Assembly: GCA_964016885.1 (NCBI GenBank)
Contig: OZ024751.1
Span: forward strand, 4,402,001 to 4,466,000
Length of the DNA stretch: 64,000 bases
Direction of reading: 5' to 3'
Origin: Eledone cirrhosa
Taxonomy: Eukaryota
The position numbers and the translations under genes are program-made. Within the stretch, counting starts at the first letter, position 1. Every line of letters begins with the position of its first letter. The notes under the pieces were generated by a model that had not been told where the DNA came from, did not search any database, and worked only from the letters and a program-made list of their open reading frames with translations. Of the stretch, positions 47,331-62,400 are shown piece after piece.

Positions 47331-47409
47331 TATAAATATTTCGTATCTCCAAGAGCCAACTATACATATTGTATAAAGCTATGCTTGAAGCGAAATCCTA
47401 TTTCTTTTG

Positions 47410-50400
47410 TATATATATTCTCGGCTCCATGCGTTGAGCTAATTTTTAGTCCCATGAAACAGGCTGCTATTTTTAGCGGCACGAGTATAGGACGTGCTAG
47501 ACGCATGGGATACATGTGCGTTCAACAAGACATTTATCTCAGTCTTCCTAAGTATTTTGATGTGAAATTTACCAATTTCTGGCTACCTGCAGAAGAGCAC
47601 AGGAATAGGAAATTTCACTTAATTGTTGCGAAACAAATTTAAAGTTCAAAATTTAAAATTTAAATGTGTCCAGGTATCAAGGCTATTCCCAATATAGGTT
47701 TGTTTTTATTGATTTATTATTTTAAATCGAAACAGGCAAACCGTATTATTTTAATTAGTATTTTTCAATCTAACTAACTTGGTCATTTGCAATGCAAACA
47801 CTTGTATACTTGTATCAGTGTTTATCCCTATCATGTATTCATTTGTATTACAGGGCTCAGAAATATCCCTTTCTTTGGGCTATTTAATTGTAAAAGACTA
47901 TTTGAATTTATAACTCTATATATAATATTCTCGGCTCCATGTGTTGAGCTAATTTTTAGTCCCATAAAACCGGCTGCTATTTTTAGCGGCACGAGTATAG
48001 GACGTGCTAGACGACGCTGGGATACATGTGCGTTCAACAACACATTTATCTCAGTCTTCTTAAGTATTTTGAAGTGAAACTTACCAATTTCTGGATACCT
48101 GCAGAAGAGCACAGGAATAGGAAATTTCACTTAATTGTTGCGAAACAAATTTAAAGTTTAAAATTTAAAATTTAAATGTGTCCAGGTATCACGGCTATTG
48201 CCAATATAGGTTTGTTTTTATTGATTTATTATTTTAAATCGAGACAGGCAAACCGTATTATTTTAATTAGTATTTTTCAATCTAGCTAACTGGGACATTT
48301 GCAATGCAAACACTTGTATACTTGTATCAGTGTTTATCCCTATCATATACTCATTTGTATTACAGGGTTCAGAAGTATCCCTTTCTTTGAGCTATTTAAT
48401 TGTAAAAGACTATTTGAGTTTATAACTCTATATATAATATTCTCGGCTCCATGCGTTGAGCTACTTTTTAGTCCCATAAAACCGACTGCTATTTTAAGCG
48501 GCACGAGTATAGAACGTGCTAGACGACGCTGGGATACATGTGCGTTCAACAACACATTTATCTCAGTCTTCCTAAGTATTTTGAATTGAAGCTTACTTAT
48601 TTCTGGATACCTGCAAAAGAGCACAGGAATAGGAAATTTCACGTAATTGTTGCGAAACAAATTTAAAATTTAAATTTGTCAAGGTATCACGGCTATTGCC
48701 AATATAGGTTTGTTTTTATTGATTTATTATTTTAAATCGAGACAGGCAAACCGTATTATTTTAATTAGTATTTTTCAATCTAGCTAACTTGGACATTTGC
48801 AATGCAAACACTTCTATACTTGTATCAGTGTTTATCCCTATCATATATTCATTTGTATTACACGGCTCAGAAATATTCCTTTCTTTGAGCTATTTAATTG
48901 TAAAAGACTATTTGAGTTTATAACTCTATATATAATATTCTCGGCTCCATGCGTTGAGCTAATTTTTAGTCCCATGAAACCGGCTGCTATTTTGAGCGAC
49001 ACGAGTATAGGATGTGCGAGACGCTGGGATTCATGTGCGTTCAACAACACATTTATCTCAGTCTTCCTAAGTATTTTGAAGTGAAGCTTACCTATTTCTG
49101 GATACCTGCAAAAGAGCACAGGAATAGGAAATTTCACGTAATTGTTGCGAAACAAATATAAAATTTAAATTTGTCCAGGTATCACGGCTATTGCCAATAT
49201 AGGTTTGTTTTTATTGATTTATTATTTTAAATCGAGACAGGCAAACAGTATTATTTTAATTAGTATTTTTCAATCTAACTAACTTGGTCATTTGCAATGC
49301 AAACACTTGTATACTTGTATCAGTGTTTATCCCTATCATATATTCATTTGTATTACAGGGCTCAGAAATATCCCTTTCATTGAGCTATTTAATTGTAAAA
49401 GACTATTTGAGTTTATAACTCTATATATAATATTCTCGGCTCCATGCGTTGAGCTAATTTTTAGTCCCATGAAACCGGCTGCTATTTTTAGCGGCACGAG
49501 TATAGGACGTGCTAGACGCTGGGATACATGTGCGTTCAACAAGACATTTATCTCAGTCTTCCTAAGTATTTTGAAGTGAAACTTACCAATTTCTGGATAC
49601 CTGCAGAAGAGCACAGGAATAGGAAATTTCACTTAATTGTTGCGAAACAAATTTAAAGTTCAAAATTTAAAATTTAAATGTGTCCAGGTATCAAGGCTAT
49701 TCCAAATATAGGTTTGTTTTTATTGATTTATTATTTTAAATCGAGAGAGGCAAACTGTATTATTTTAATTAGTATTTTTCAATCTAACTAACTTGGTCAT
49801 TTGCAATGCAAACACTTGTATACTTGTATCAGTGTTTATCCCAATCATATATTCATTTGTATTACAGGGCTCAGAAATATCCCTTTCTTTGGGCTACTTA
49901 ATTGTAAAAGACTATTTGAGTTTATAACTCTATATATAATATTCTCGGCTCCATGTGTTGAGTTAATTTTTAGTCCCATAAAACCGGCTGCTATTTTTAG
50001 CGGCACGAGTATAGGACGTGTTAGACGACTCTGGGATACATGTGCGTTCAACAACACATTTATCGCGGTCTTCCTAAGTATTGTGAATTGAAGCTTATCT
50101 ATTTCTGGATACCTGCAAAAGAGCACAGGAATAGGAAATTTCACGTAATTGTTGCGAAACAAATTTAAAATTTAAATTTGTCCAGGTATCACGGCTATTG
50201 CCAATATAGGTTTGTTTTTATTGATTTATTATTTTAAATAGAGACAGGCAAACCGTATTATTTTAATTAGTATGTTTCAATCTAGCTAACTTGGACATTT
50301 GCAATGCAAACACTTGTATACTTGTATCAGTGTTTATCCCTATCATATATCCATTTGTATTACACGGCTCAGAAATATTCCTTTCTTTGAGCTATTTAAT

Positions 50401-53400
50401 TGTAAAAAACTATTTGAGTTTATAACTCTATATATAATATTCTCGGCTCCATGCGTTGAGCTAATGTTTAGTCCCATGAAACCGGCTGCTATTTTGAGCG
50501 GCACGAGTATAGGATGTGCGAGACGCTGGGATTCATGTGCGTTCAACAACACATTTATCTCAGTCTTCCTAAGTATTTTGAAGTGAAGCTTACCTATTTC
50601 TGGATACCTGCAAAAGAGCACAGGAATAGGAAATTTCACGTAATTGTTGCGAAACAAATTTAAAATTTAAATTTGTCCAGGTATCACGGCTATTGCCAAT
50701 ATAGGTTTGTTTTTATTGATTTATTATTTTAAATCGAGACAGGCAAACAGTATTATTTTAATTAGTATTTTTCAATCTAGATAACTTGGTCATTTGCAAT
50801 GCAAACACTTGTTTACTTGTATCAGTGTTTATCCCTATCATATATTCATTTGTATTACAGGGCTCAGAAATAGACCTTTCATTGAGCTATTTAATTGTAA
50901 AAGACTATTTGAGTTTATAACTCTATATATAATATTCTCGGCTCCATGCCCTGAGCTAATTTTTAGTCCCATGAAACCGGCTGCTATTTTTAGCGGCACG
51001 AGTATAGGACGTGCTAGACGCTGGGATACATGTGCGTTCAACAACACATTTATCTGTCTTCCTAAGTATTTTGAAGTGAAACTTACCAATTTCTGGCTAC
51101 CTGCAGAAGAGCAGAGGAATAGGAAATTTCACTTAATTGTTGCGAAACAAATTTAAAGTTCAAAATTTAAAATTTAAATGTGTGCAGGTATCAAGGCTAT
51201 TCCCAATATAGGTTTGTTTTTATTGATTTATTATTTTAAATCGAGACAGGCAAACCGTATTATTTTAATTAGTATTTTTCAATCTAACTAACTTGGTCAT
51301 TTGCAATGCAAACACTTGTATACTTGTATCAGTGTTTATCCCTATCATATATTCATTTGTATTACAGGGCTCAGAAATATTTCTTTCTTTGGGTTATTTA
51401 ATTGTAAAAGACCATTTGAGTTTATAACTCTATATATAATATTCTCGGCTCCATGTGTTGAGCTAATTTTTAGTCCCATAAAACCGGCTGCTATTTTTAG
51501 CGGCACGAGTATAGGACGTGCTAGACGACTCTGGGATACATGTGCATTCAACAACACATTTATCTCAGTCTTCCTAAGTATTTTGAAGTGAAACTTACCA
51601 ATTTCTGGATACCTGCAGAAGAGCACAGGAATAGGAAATTTCAATTAATTGTTGCGAAACAAATTTAAAGTTCAAAATTTAAAATTTAAATGTGTCCAGG
51701 TATCACGGCTATTCCCAATATAGGTTTTCTTTTTATTGAGTTATTATTATAAATCGAGACGGGCAAACCATACTATTTTAATTAGTATTTTTCAATCTAG
51801 CTAACTTGGTCATTTGCAATGCAAACACTTGTATACTTGTATCAGTGTTTATTCCTATCATGTATTCATTTGTATTACAGGGCTCAGAAATATCCCTTTC
51901 TTTGGGCTATTTAATTGTAAAAGACTATTTGAATTTATAACTCTATATATAATATTCTCGGCTCCATGTGTTGAGCTAATTTTTAGTCCCATAAAACCGG
52001 CTGCTATTTTTAGCGGCACGAGTATAGGACGTGTTAGACGACTCTGGGATACATGTGCGTTCAACAACACATTTATCGCAGTCTTCCTAAGTATTGTGAA
52101 TTGAAGCTTATCTATTTCTGGATACCTGCAAAAGAGCACAGGAATAGGAAATTTCACGTAATTGTTGCGAAACAAATTTAAAATTTAAATTTGTCCAGGT
52201 ATCACGGCTATTGCCAATATAGGTTTGTTTTTATTGATTTATTATTTTAAATGGAGACAGGCAAACCGTATTATTTTAATTAGTATGTTTCAATCTAGCT
52301 AACTTGGACATTTGCAATGCAAACACTTGTATACTTGTATCAGTGTTTATCCCTATCATATATTCATTTGTATTACACGGCTCAGAAATATTCCTTTCTT
52401 TGAGCTATTTAATTGTAAAAAACTATTTGAGTTTATAACTCTATATATAATATTCTCGGCTCCATGCGTTGAGCTAATGTTTAGTCCCATGAAACCGGCT
52501 GCTATTTTGAGCGGCACGAGTATAGGATGTGCGAGACGCTGGGATTCATGTGCGTTCAACAACACATTTATCTCAGTCTTCCTAAGTATTTTGAAGTGAA
52601 GCTTACCTATTTCTGGATACCTGCAAAAGAGCACAGGAATAGGAAATTTCACTTAATTGTTGCGAAACAAATTTAAAATTTAAATTTGTCCAGGTATCAC
52701 GGCTATTGCCAATATAGGTTTGTTTTTATTGATTTATTATTTTAAATCGAGACAGGCAAACAGTATTATTTTAATTAGTATTTTTCAATCTAGATAACTT
52801 GGTCATTTGCAATGCAAACACTTGTTTACTTGTATCAGTGTTTATCCCTATCATATATTCATTTGTATTACAGGGCTCAGAAATAGACCTTTCATTGAGC
52901 TATTTAATTGTAAAAGACTATTTGAGTTTATAACTCTATATATAATATTCTCGGCTCCATGCCTTGAGCTAATTTTTAGTCCCATGAAACCGGCTGCTAT
53001 TTTTAGCGGCACGAGTATAGGACGTGCTAGACGCTGGGATACATGTGCGTTCAACAACACATTTATCTGTCTTCCTAAGTATTTTGAAGTGAAACTTACC
53101 AATTTCTGGCTACCTGCAGAAGAGCAGAGGAATAGGAAATTTCACTTAATTGTTGCGAAACAAATTTAAAGTTCAAAATTTAAAATTTAAATGTGTGCAG
53201 GTATCAAGGCTATTCCCAATATAGGTTTGTTTTTATTGATTTATTATTTTAAATCGAGACAGGCAAACCGTATTATTTTAATTAGTATTTTTCAATCTAA
53301 CTAACTTGGTCATTTGCAATGCAAACACTTGTATACTTGTATCAGTGTTTATCCCTATCATATATTCATTTGTATTACAGGGCTCAGAAATATTTCTTTC

Positions 53401-56400
53401 TTTGGGTTATTTAATTGTAAAAGACCATTGAGTTTATAACTCTATATATAATATTCTCGGCTCCATGTGTTGAGCTAATTTTTAGTCCCATAAAACCGGC
53501 TGCTATTTTTAGCGGCACGAGTATAGGACGTGCTAGACGACTCTGGGATACATGTGCATTCAACAACACATTTATCTCAGTCTTCCTAAGTATTTTGAAG
53601 TGAAACTTACCAATTTCTGGATACCTGCAGAAGAGTACAGGAATAGGAAATTTCAATTAATTGTTGCGAAACAAATTTAAAGTTCAAAATTTAAAATTTA
53701 AATGTGTCCAGGTATCACGGCTATTCCCAATATAGGTTTTCTTTTTATTGAGTTATTATTATAAATCGAGACGGGCAAACCATACTATTTTAATTAGTAT
53801 TTTTCAATCTAGCTAACTTGGTCATTTGCAATGCAAACACTTGTATACTTGTATCAGTGTTTATTCCTATCATGTATTCATTTGTATTACAGGGCTCAGA
53901 AATATCCCTTTCTTTGGGCTATTTAATTGTAAAAGACTATTTGAATTTATAACTCTATATATAATATTCTCGGCTCCATGTGTTGAGCTAATTTTTAGTC
54001 CCATAAAACCGGCTGCTATTTTTAGCGGCACGAGTATAGAACGTGCTAGACGACGCTGGGATACATGTGCGTTCAACAACACATTTATCTCAGTCTTCTT
54101 AAGTATTTTGAAGTGAAACTTACCAACTTCTGGATACCTGCAGAAGAGCTCAGGAATAGGAAATTTCACTTAATTGTTGCGAAACAAATTTAAAGTTCAA
54201 AATATAAAATTTATATGTGTCCAGGTATCACGGCTATTCCCAATACAGGTTTTCTTTTTATTGATTTATTATTTTAAATCGAGACAGGCAAACCGTATTA
54301 TTTTAATTAGTATTTTTCAATCTAGCTAACTTGGTCATTTGCAATGCAAACACATGTATACTTGTATCAGTGTTTATGCCTATCATATATTCATTTGTAT
54401 TACACGGCTCAGAAATATCCCTTTCTTTGAGCTATTTAATTGTAAAAGACTATTTGAGTTTATAACTCTATAATATTCTCGGCTCCATTCGTTGAGCTAA
54501 TTTTTAGTCCCGTAAAACCGACTGCTATTTTTAGCGGCACGAGTATAAGACGTGCTAGACGACGCTGGGATACATGTGCGTTCAACAACACATTTATCTC
54601 AGTCTTCCTAAGTATTTTGAATTGAAGCTTACCTATTTCTGGATACCTGCAAAAGAGCACAGGAATAGGAAATTTCACGTAATTGTTGCGAAACAAATTA
54701 AAAATTTAAATTTGTCCAGGTATCACGGCTATTGCCAATATAGTTTTGTTTTTATTGATTTATTATTTTAAATCGAAACAGGCAAACCGTATTATTTTGA
54801 TTAGTATTTTTCAATCTATCTAACTTGGTCATTTGCAATGCAAACACTTGTATACTTGTATTAGTGTTTATCCCTATCATATATTCAATTGTATTACAGG
54901 GCTCAGAAATATCCCTTTCTTTGAGCTATTTAATTGTAAAAGACTATTTGAGTTTATAACTCTATATATAATATCCTCGGCTCCATGCGTTGAGCTAATT
55001 TTTAGTCCCATGAAACCGGCTGCTATTTTTAGCGGCACGAGTATAGGACCTGCTAGACGACGCTGGGATACATGTGCGTTCAACAACACATTTATCTCAG
55101 TCTTCCTAAGTATTTTGAAGTGAAACTTACCAATTTCGGGATACCTGCAGAAGAGCACAGGTATAGGAAATTTCACTTAATTGTTACGAAACAAATTTAA
55201 AGTTCAAAATTTAAAATTTAAATGTGTCCAGGTATCACGGCTATTCCCAATATAGGTTTTCTTTTTATTGATTTATTATTTTAAATCGAGACAGGCAAAC
55301 CGTATTATTTTAATTAGTATTTTTCAATCTAGCTAACTTGGTCATTTGCAATGCAAACACTTGTATACTTGTATCAGTGTTTATCCCTAACATATATTCA
55401 TTTGTATTGCACGACTCAGAAATATCCCTTTCTTTGAGCTATTTAATTGTAAAAGACTATTTGAGTTTATAACTCTATATATAATATCCTCGGCTCCATG
55501 CGTTGAGCTAATTTTTAGTCCCATGAAACCGGCTGCTATTTTTAGCGGCACGAGTATAGGACGTGCTAGACGCTGGGATACATGTGCGTTCAACAAGACA
55601 TTTATCCCAGTCTTCCTAAGTATTTTGAAGTGAAACTTACCAATTTCTGGATACCTGCAAAAGAGCACAGGAATAGGAAATTTCACGTAATAGTTGCGAA
55701 ACAAATTTAAAATTTAAATCTGTCCAGGTATCACGGCTATTGCCAATATAGATTTGTTTTTATTGATTTATTATTTTAAATCGAGACAGGCAAACCGTAT
55801 TATTTTAATTAGTATTTTTCAATCAAGCTAACTTGGACATTTGCAATGCAAACACTTCTATACTTGTATCAGCGTTTATCCCTATCATATATTCATTTGT
55901 ATTACACGGCTCAGAAATATTCCTTTCTTTGAGCTATTTAATTGTAAAAGACTATTTGAGTTTATAACTCTATATATAATATTCTCGGCTCCATACGTTG
56001 AGCTAATTTTTAGTCCCATAAAACCGGCTGCTATTTTTAGCGGCACGAGTATAGAACGTGCTAGACGACGCTGGGTAACAGGTGCGTTCAACAACACATT
56101 TATCTCAGTCTTCCTAAGTATTTTGAAGTGAAGCTTACCTATTTCTGGATACCTGCAAAAGAGCACAGGAATAGGAAATTTCACGTAATTGTTGCGAAAC
56201 AAATTTAAAGTTTAAAATTTAAAATTTAAATTTGTCCAGGTATCACGGCTATTGCCAATATAGGTTTATTTTTATGGATTTATTATTTTAAATCGAGACA
56301 GGCAAACAGTATTATTTTAATTAGTATTTTTCAATCGAGCTAACTTGGTCATTTGCAATGCAAACACTTGTATACTTGAATCAGTGTTTATCCCTATCAT

Positions 56401-59400
56401 ATATTCATTTGTATTACAGGGCTCAGAAATATCCCTTTCTTTGAGCTAATTAATAGTAAAAGACTATTTGAGTTTATAACTCTATATATAATATTCTCAG
56501 CTCCATGCGTTGAGCTAATTTTTAGTCCCATGAAACCGGCTGCTATTTTGAGCGGCACGAGTATAGGACGTACTAGACGCTGGGATTCATTTGCGTTCAA
56601 CAACACATTTATCTCAGTCTTCCTAAGTATTTTGAAGTGAAACTTACCAATTTCGGGATACCTACAGAAGAGCACAGGAATAGGAAATTTCACGTAATTG
56701 TTGCGAAACAAATTTAAAGTTTAAAATTTAAAATTTAAATGTGTCCAGGTATCACGGCTATTGCCAATATAGGTTTATTTTTATGGATTTATTATTTTAA
56801 ATCGAGACAGGCAAAGAGTATTATTTTAATTAGTATTTTTCAATCGAGCTAACTTGGTCATTTGCAATGCAAACACTTGTATACTTGAATCAGTGTTTAT
56901 CCCTATCATATATTCATTTGTATTACAGGGCTCAGAAATATCCCTTTCCTTGAGCTAATTAATAGTAAAAGACTATTTGATTTTATAACTCTATATATAA
57001 TATTCTCGGCTCCATGCGTTGAGCTAATTTTTAGTCCCATGAAACCGGCTGCTATTTTTAGCGGCACGAGTATAGGACGTGCTAGGCGCTGGGATACATG
57101 TGCGTTCAACAACACATTTATCTCAGTCTTCCTAAGTATTTTGAAGTGAAACTTACCAATTTCTGGATACCTGCAGAAGAGCACAGGAATAGGAAATTTC
57201 ACGTAATTGTTGCGAAACAAATTTAAAGTTTAAAATTTAAAATTTAAATTTGTCCAGGTATCACGGCTATTGCCAATATAGGTGTGTTTTTATTGCTTTA
57301 TCATTTTAAAACGAGACAGGCAAACCGTATTATTTTAATTAGTATTTTTCAATCAAGCTAACTTGGACATTTGCAATGCAAACACTTCTATACTTGTATC
57401 AGCGTTTATCCCTATCATATATTCATTTGTATTACACGGCTCAGAAATATTCCTTTCTTTGAGCTATTTAATTGTAAAAGACTATTTGAGTTTATAACTC
57501 GATATATAATATTCTCGGCTCCATACGTTGAGCTAATTTTTAGACCCATAAAACCGGCTGCTATTTTTAGCGGCACGAGTATAGAACGTGCTAGACGACG
57601 CTGGGTAACATGTGCGTTCAACAACACATTTATCTCAGTCTTCCTAAGTATTTTGAAGTGAAGCTTACCTATTTCTGGATACCTGCAAAAGAGCACAGGT
57701 ATAGGAAATTTCAGGTAATTGTTGTGAAACAAATTTAAAATTTAAATTTGTCCAGGTATCACGGCTATTGCCAATATAGGTTTGTTTTTATTGATTTATT
57801 ATTTTAAATCGAGACAGGCAAACCGTATTATTTTAATTAGTATTTTGCAATCTAGCTAACTTGGTCATTTGCAATGCAAACACTTGTATACTTGTATCAG
57901 TGTTTATCCCTATCATATATTCATTTGTATTACAGGGCTCAGAAATATCCCTTTCTTTGAGCTATTTAATTGTAAAAGACTCTTTGAGTTTATAACTCTA
58001 TATATAATATTCTCGGCTCCATGCGTAGAGCTAATTTTTAGTCCCATGAAACCGGCTGCTATTTTGAGCGGCACGAGTATAGGACGTACTAGACGCTGGG
58101 ATTCATTTGCGTTCAACAACACATTTATCTCAGTCTTCCTAAGTATTTTGAAGTGAAACTTACCAATTTCGGGATACCTGCAGAAGAGCACAGGAATAGG
58201 AAATTTCACGTAATTGTTGCGAAACAAATTTAAAGTTTAAAATTTAAAATTTAAATTTGTCCAGGTATCACGCCTATTGCCAATATAGGTGTGTTTTTAT
58301 TGCTTTATTATTTTAAAACGAGACAGGGAAACCGTCTTATTTTAATTAGTATTTTTCAATCAAGCTAACTTGGACATTTGCAAAGCAAACACTTCTATAC
58401 TTGTATCAGCGTTTATCCCTATCATATATTCATTTGTATTACACGGCTCAGAAATATTCCTTTCTTTGAGCTAATTAATAGTAAAAGACTATTTGAGTTT
58501 ATAACTCTATATATAATATTCTCGGCTCCATGCGTTGAGCTAATTTTTAGTCCCATGAAACCGGCTGCTATTTTTAGCGGCACGAGTATAGGACGTGCTA
58601 GGCGCTGGGATACATGTGCGTTCAACAACACATTTATCTCAGTCTTCCTAAGTATTTTGAAGTGAAACTTACCAATTTCTGGATACCTGCAGAAGAGCAC
58701 AGGAATAGGAAATTTCACGTAATTGTTGCGAAACAAATTTAAAGTTTAAAATTTAAAATTTAAATTTGTCCAGGTATCACGGCTATTGCCAATATAGGTT
58801 TGTTTTTATTGATTTATTATTTTAAATCGAGACAGACAAACCGTATTAATTTAATTATTATTTTTCAATCTAGCAAACTTGGTCATTTGCAATGCATACA
58901 CTTGTATACTTGTATCAGTGTTTATCCCTATCATATATTCATTTGTATTACACGGCTCAGAAATATCCCTTTCTTTGAGCTATTTAATTTTAAAAGACTA
59001 TTTGAGTTTATAACTCTATATATAATATTCTCGGCTCCATGCGTTGAGCTAATTTTTAGTCCCATGAAACCGGCTGCTATTTTAAGCGGCACGAGTATAG
59101 GACGTGCTAGACGCTGGGATACATGTGCGTTCAACAAGACATTTATCTCAGTCTTCCTAAGTATTTTGAAGTGAAACTTACCAATTTCTGGATACCTGCA
59201 GAAGAGCACAGGAACAGGAAATTTCACTTAATTGTTGCGAAACAAATTTAAAGTTCAGAATTTAAAATTTAAATGTGTCCAGGTATCACGGCTATACCAT
59301 ATATAGGTTTATTTTTATTGATTTATTACTTGAAATCGAGACAGGCAAACCGTATTATTTTAATTAGTATTTTTCAATCTAGCTAACTTGGTCATTTGCA

Positions 59401-62400
59401 ATGCAAACCCTTGTATACTTGTATCAGTGTTTATCCCTATCATATATTCATTTGTATTACAGGGCTCAGAAATATCCCTTTCTTTGAGCTATTTAATTGT
59501 AAAAGACTCTTTGAGTTTATAACTCTATATATAATATTCTCGGCTCCCTGCGTTGAGCTAATTTTTAGTCCCATGAAACCGGCTGCTATTTTGAGCGCAA
59601 CGAGTATAGGACGTACTAGACGCTGGGATTCATTTGCGTTCAACAACACATTTATCTCAGTCTCCCTAAGTATTTTGAAGTGAAACTTACCAATTTCGGG
59701 ATACCTGCAGAAGAGCACAGGAATAGGAAATTTCACGTAATTATTGCGAAACAAATTTAAAGTTTAAAATTTAAAATTTAAATTTGTCCAGGTATCACGG
59801 CTATTGCCAATATAGGTTTATTTTTATGGATTTATTATTTTAAATCGAGACAGGCAAAGAGTATTATTTTAATTAGTATTTTATTACAATCGAGCTAACT
59901 TGGTCATTTGCAATGCAAACACTTGTATACTTGAATCAGTGTTTATCCCTATCATATATTCATTTGTATTACAGGGCTCAGAAATATCCCTTTCTTTGAG
60001 CTAATTAATAGTAAAAGACTATTTGAGTTTATAACTCTATATATAATATTCTGGGCTCCATGCGTTGAGCTAATTTTTAGTCCCATGAAACCGGCTGCTA
60101 TTTTTAGCGGCACGAGTATAGGACGTACTAGACGCTGGGATTCATTTGCGTTCAACAACACATTTATCTCAGTCTTCCTAAGTATTTTGAAGTGAAACTT
60201 ACCAATTTCGGGATACCTGCAGAACAGCACAGGAATAGGAAATTTCACGTAATTGTTGCGAAACAAATTTAAAGTTTAAAATTTAAAATTTAAATTTGTC
60301 CAGGTATCACGGCTATTGCCAATATAGGTTTATTTTTATGGATTTATTATTTTAAATCGAGACAGGCAAAGCGTATTATTTTAATTAGTATTTTTCAATC
60401 TAGCTAACTTGGTCATTTGCAATGCAAACACTTGTATACTTGTATCAGTGTTTATCCCTATCATATATTCATTTGTATTACAGGGCTCAGAAATATCCCT
60501 TTCTTTGAGCTATTTAATTGTAAAAGACTCTTTGAGTTTATAACTCTATATATAATATTCTCGGCTCCATGCGTTGAGCTAATTTTTAGTCCCATGAAAC
60601 CGGCTGCTATTTTGAGCGGCACGAGTATAGGACGTACTAGACGCTGGGATTCATTTGCGTTCAACAACACATTTATCTCAGTCTTCCTAAGAATTTTGAA
60701 GTGAAACTTACCAATTTCGGGATACCTGCAGAAGAGCACAGGAATAGGAAATTTCACGTAATTGTTGCGAAACAAATTTAAAGTTTAAAATTTAAAATTT
60801 AAATTTGTCCAGGTATCACGGCTATTGCCAATATAGGTTTATTTTTATGGATTTATTATTTTAAATCGAGACAGGCAAACAGTATTATATTAATTAGTAT
60901 TTTTCAATCGAGCTAACTTGGTCATTTGCAATGCAAACACTTGTATACGTGAATCAGTGTTTATCCCTATCATATATTCATTTGTATTACAGGGCTCAGA
61001 AATATCTCTTTCTTTGAGCTAATTAATAGTAAAAGACTATTTGATTTTATAACTCTATATATAATATTCTCGGCTCCATGCGTTGAGCTAATTTTTAGTC
61101 CCATGAAACCGGCTGCTATTTTTAGCGGCACGAGTATAGGACGTGCTAGGCGCTGGGATACATGTGCGTTCAACAACACATTTATCTCAGTCTTCCTAAG
61201 TATTTTGAAGTGAAACTTACCAATTTCGTGATACCTGCAGAAGAGCACAGGAATAGGAAATTTCACGTAATTGTTGCGAAACAAATTTAAAGTTTAAAAT
61301 TTATAATTTAAATTTGTCCAGGTATCACGGCTATTGCCAATATAGGTTTATTTTTATGGATTTATTATTTTAAATCGAGACAGGCAAACAGTATTATTTT
61401 AATTAGTATTTTTCAATCGAGCTAACTTGGTCCTTTGCAATGCAAACACTTGTATACTTGAATCAGTGTTTATCCCTATCATATATTCATTTGTATTACA
61501 AGGCTCAGAAATATCCCTTTCTTTGAGCTAATTAATAGTAAAAGACTATTTGAGTTTATAACTCTATATATAATATACTCGGCTCCATGCGTTGAGCTAA
61601 TTTTTAGTACAATGAAACCGGCTGCTATTTTGAGCGCAACGAGTATAGGACGTACTAGACGCTGGGATTCATTTGCGTTCAACAACACATTTATCTCAGT
61701 CTTCCTAAGTATTTTGAAGTGAAACTTACCAATTTCGGGATACCTGCAGAAGAGCACAGGAATAGGAAATTTCACGTAATTGTTGCGAAACAAATTTAAA
61801 GTTTAAAATTTAAAATTTAAATTTGTCCAGGTATCACGGCTATTGCCAATATAAGTTTATTTTTATGTATTTATTATTTTAAATCGAGACAGGCAAACAG
61901 TATTATTTTAATTAGTATTTATCAATCGAGCTAACTTGGTCGTTTGCAATGCAAACACTTGTATACTCGAATCAGTGTTTATCCCTATCATATATTCATT
62001 TGTATTACAGGGCTCAGAAATATCCCTTTCTTTGAGCTAATTAATAGTAAAAGACTATTTGAGTTTATAACTCTATATATAATATTCTCGGCTCCATGCG
62101 TTGAGCTAATTTTTAGTCCCATGAAACCGGCTGCTATTTTTAGCGGCACGAGTATAGGACATGCTAGGCGCTGGGATACATGTGCGTTCAACAACACATT
62201 TATCTCAGTCTTCCTAAGTATTTTGAAGTGAAACTTACCAATTTCTGGATACCTGCAGAAGAGCACAGGAATAGGAAATTTCACGTAATTGTTGCGAAAC
62301 AAATTTAAAGTTTAAAATTTAAAATTTAAATTTGTCCAGGTATCACGGCTATTGCCAATATAGGTTTGTTTTTATTGATTTATTATTTTAAATCGAGACA

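Noticed and set aside
48782-48812. A-box-like TAGCTAACTTGG in each satellite unit as a Pol III promoter
   Set aside because: No B-box at a suitable distance was visible, so the promoter of the array remains unknown.
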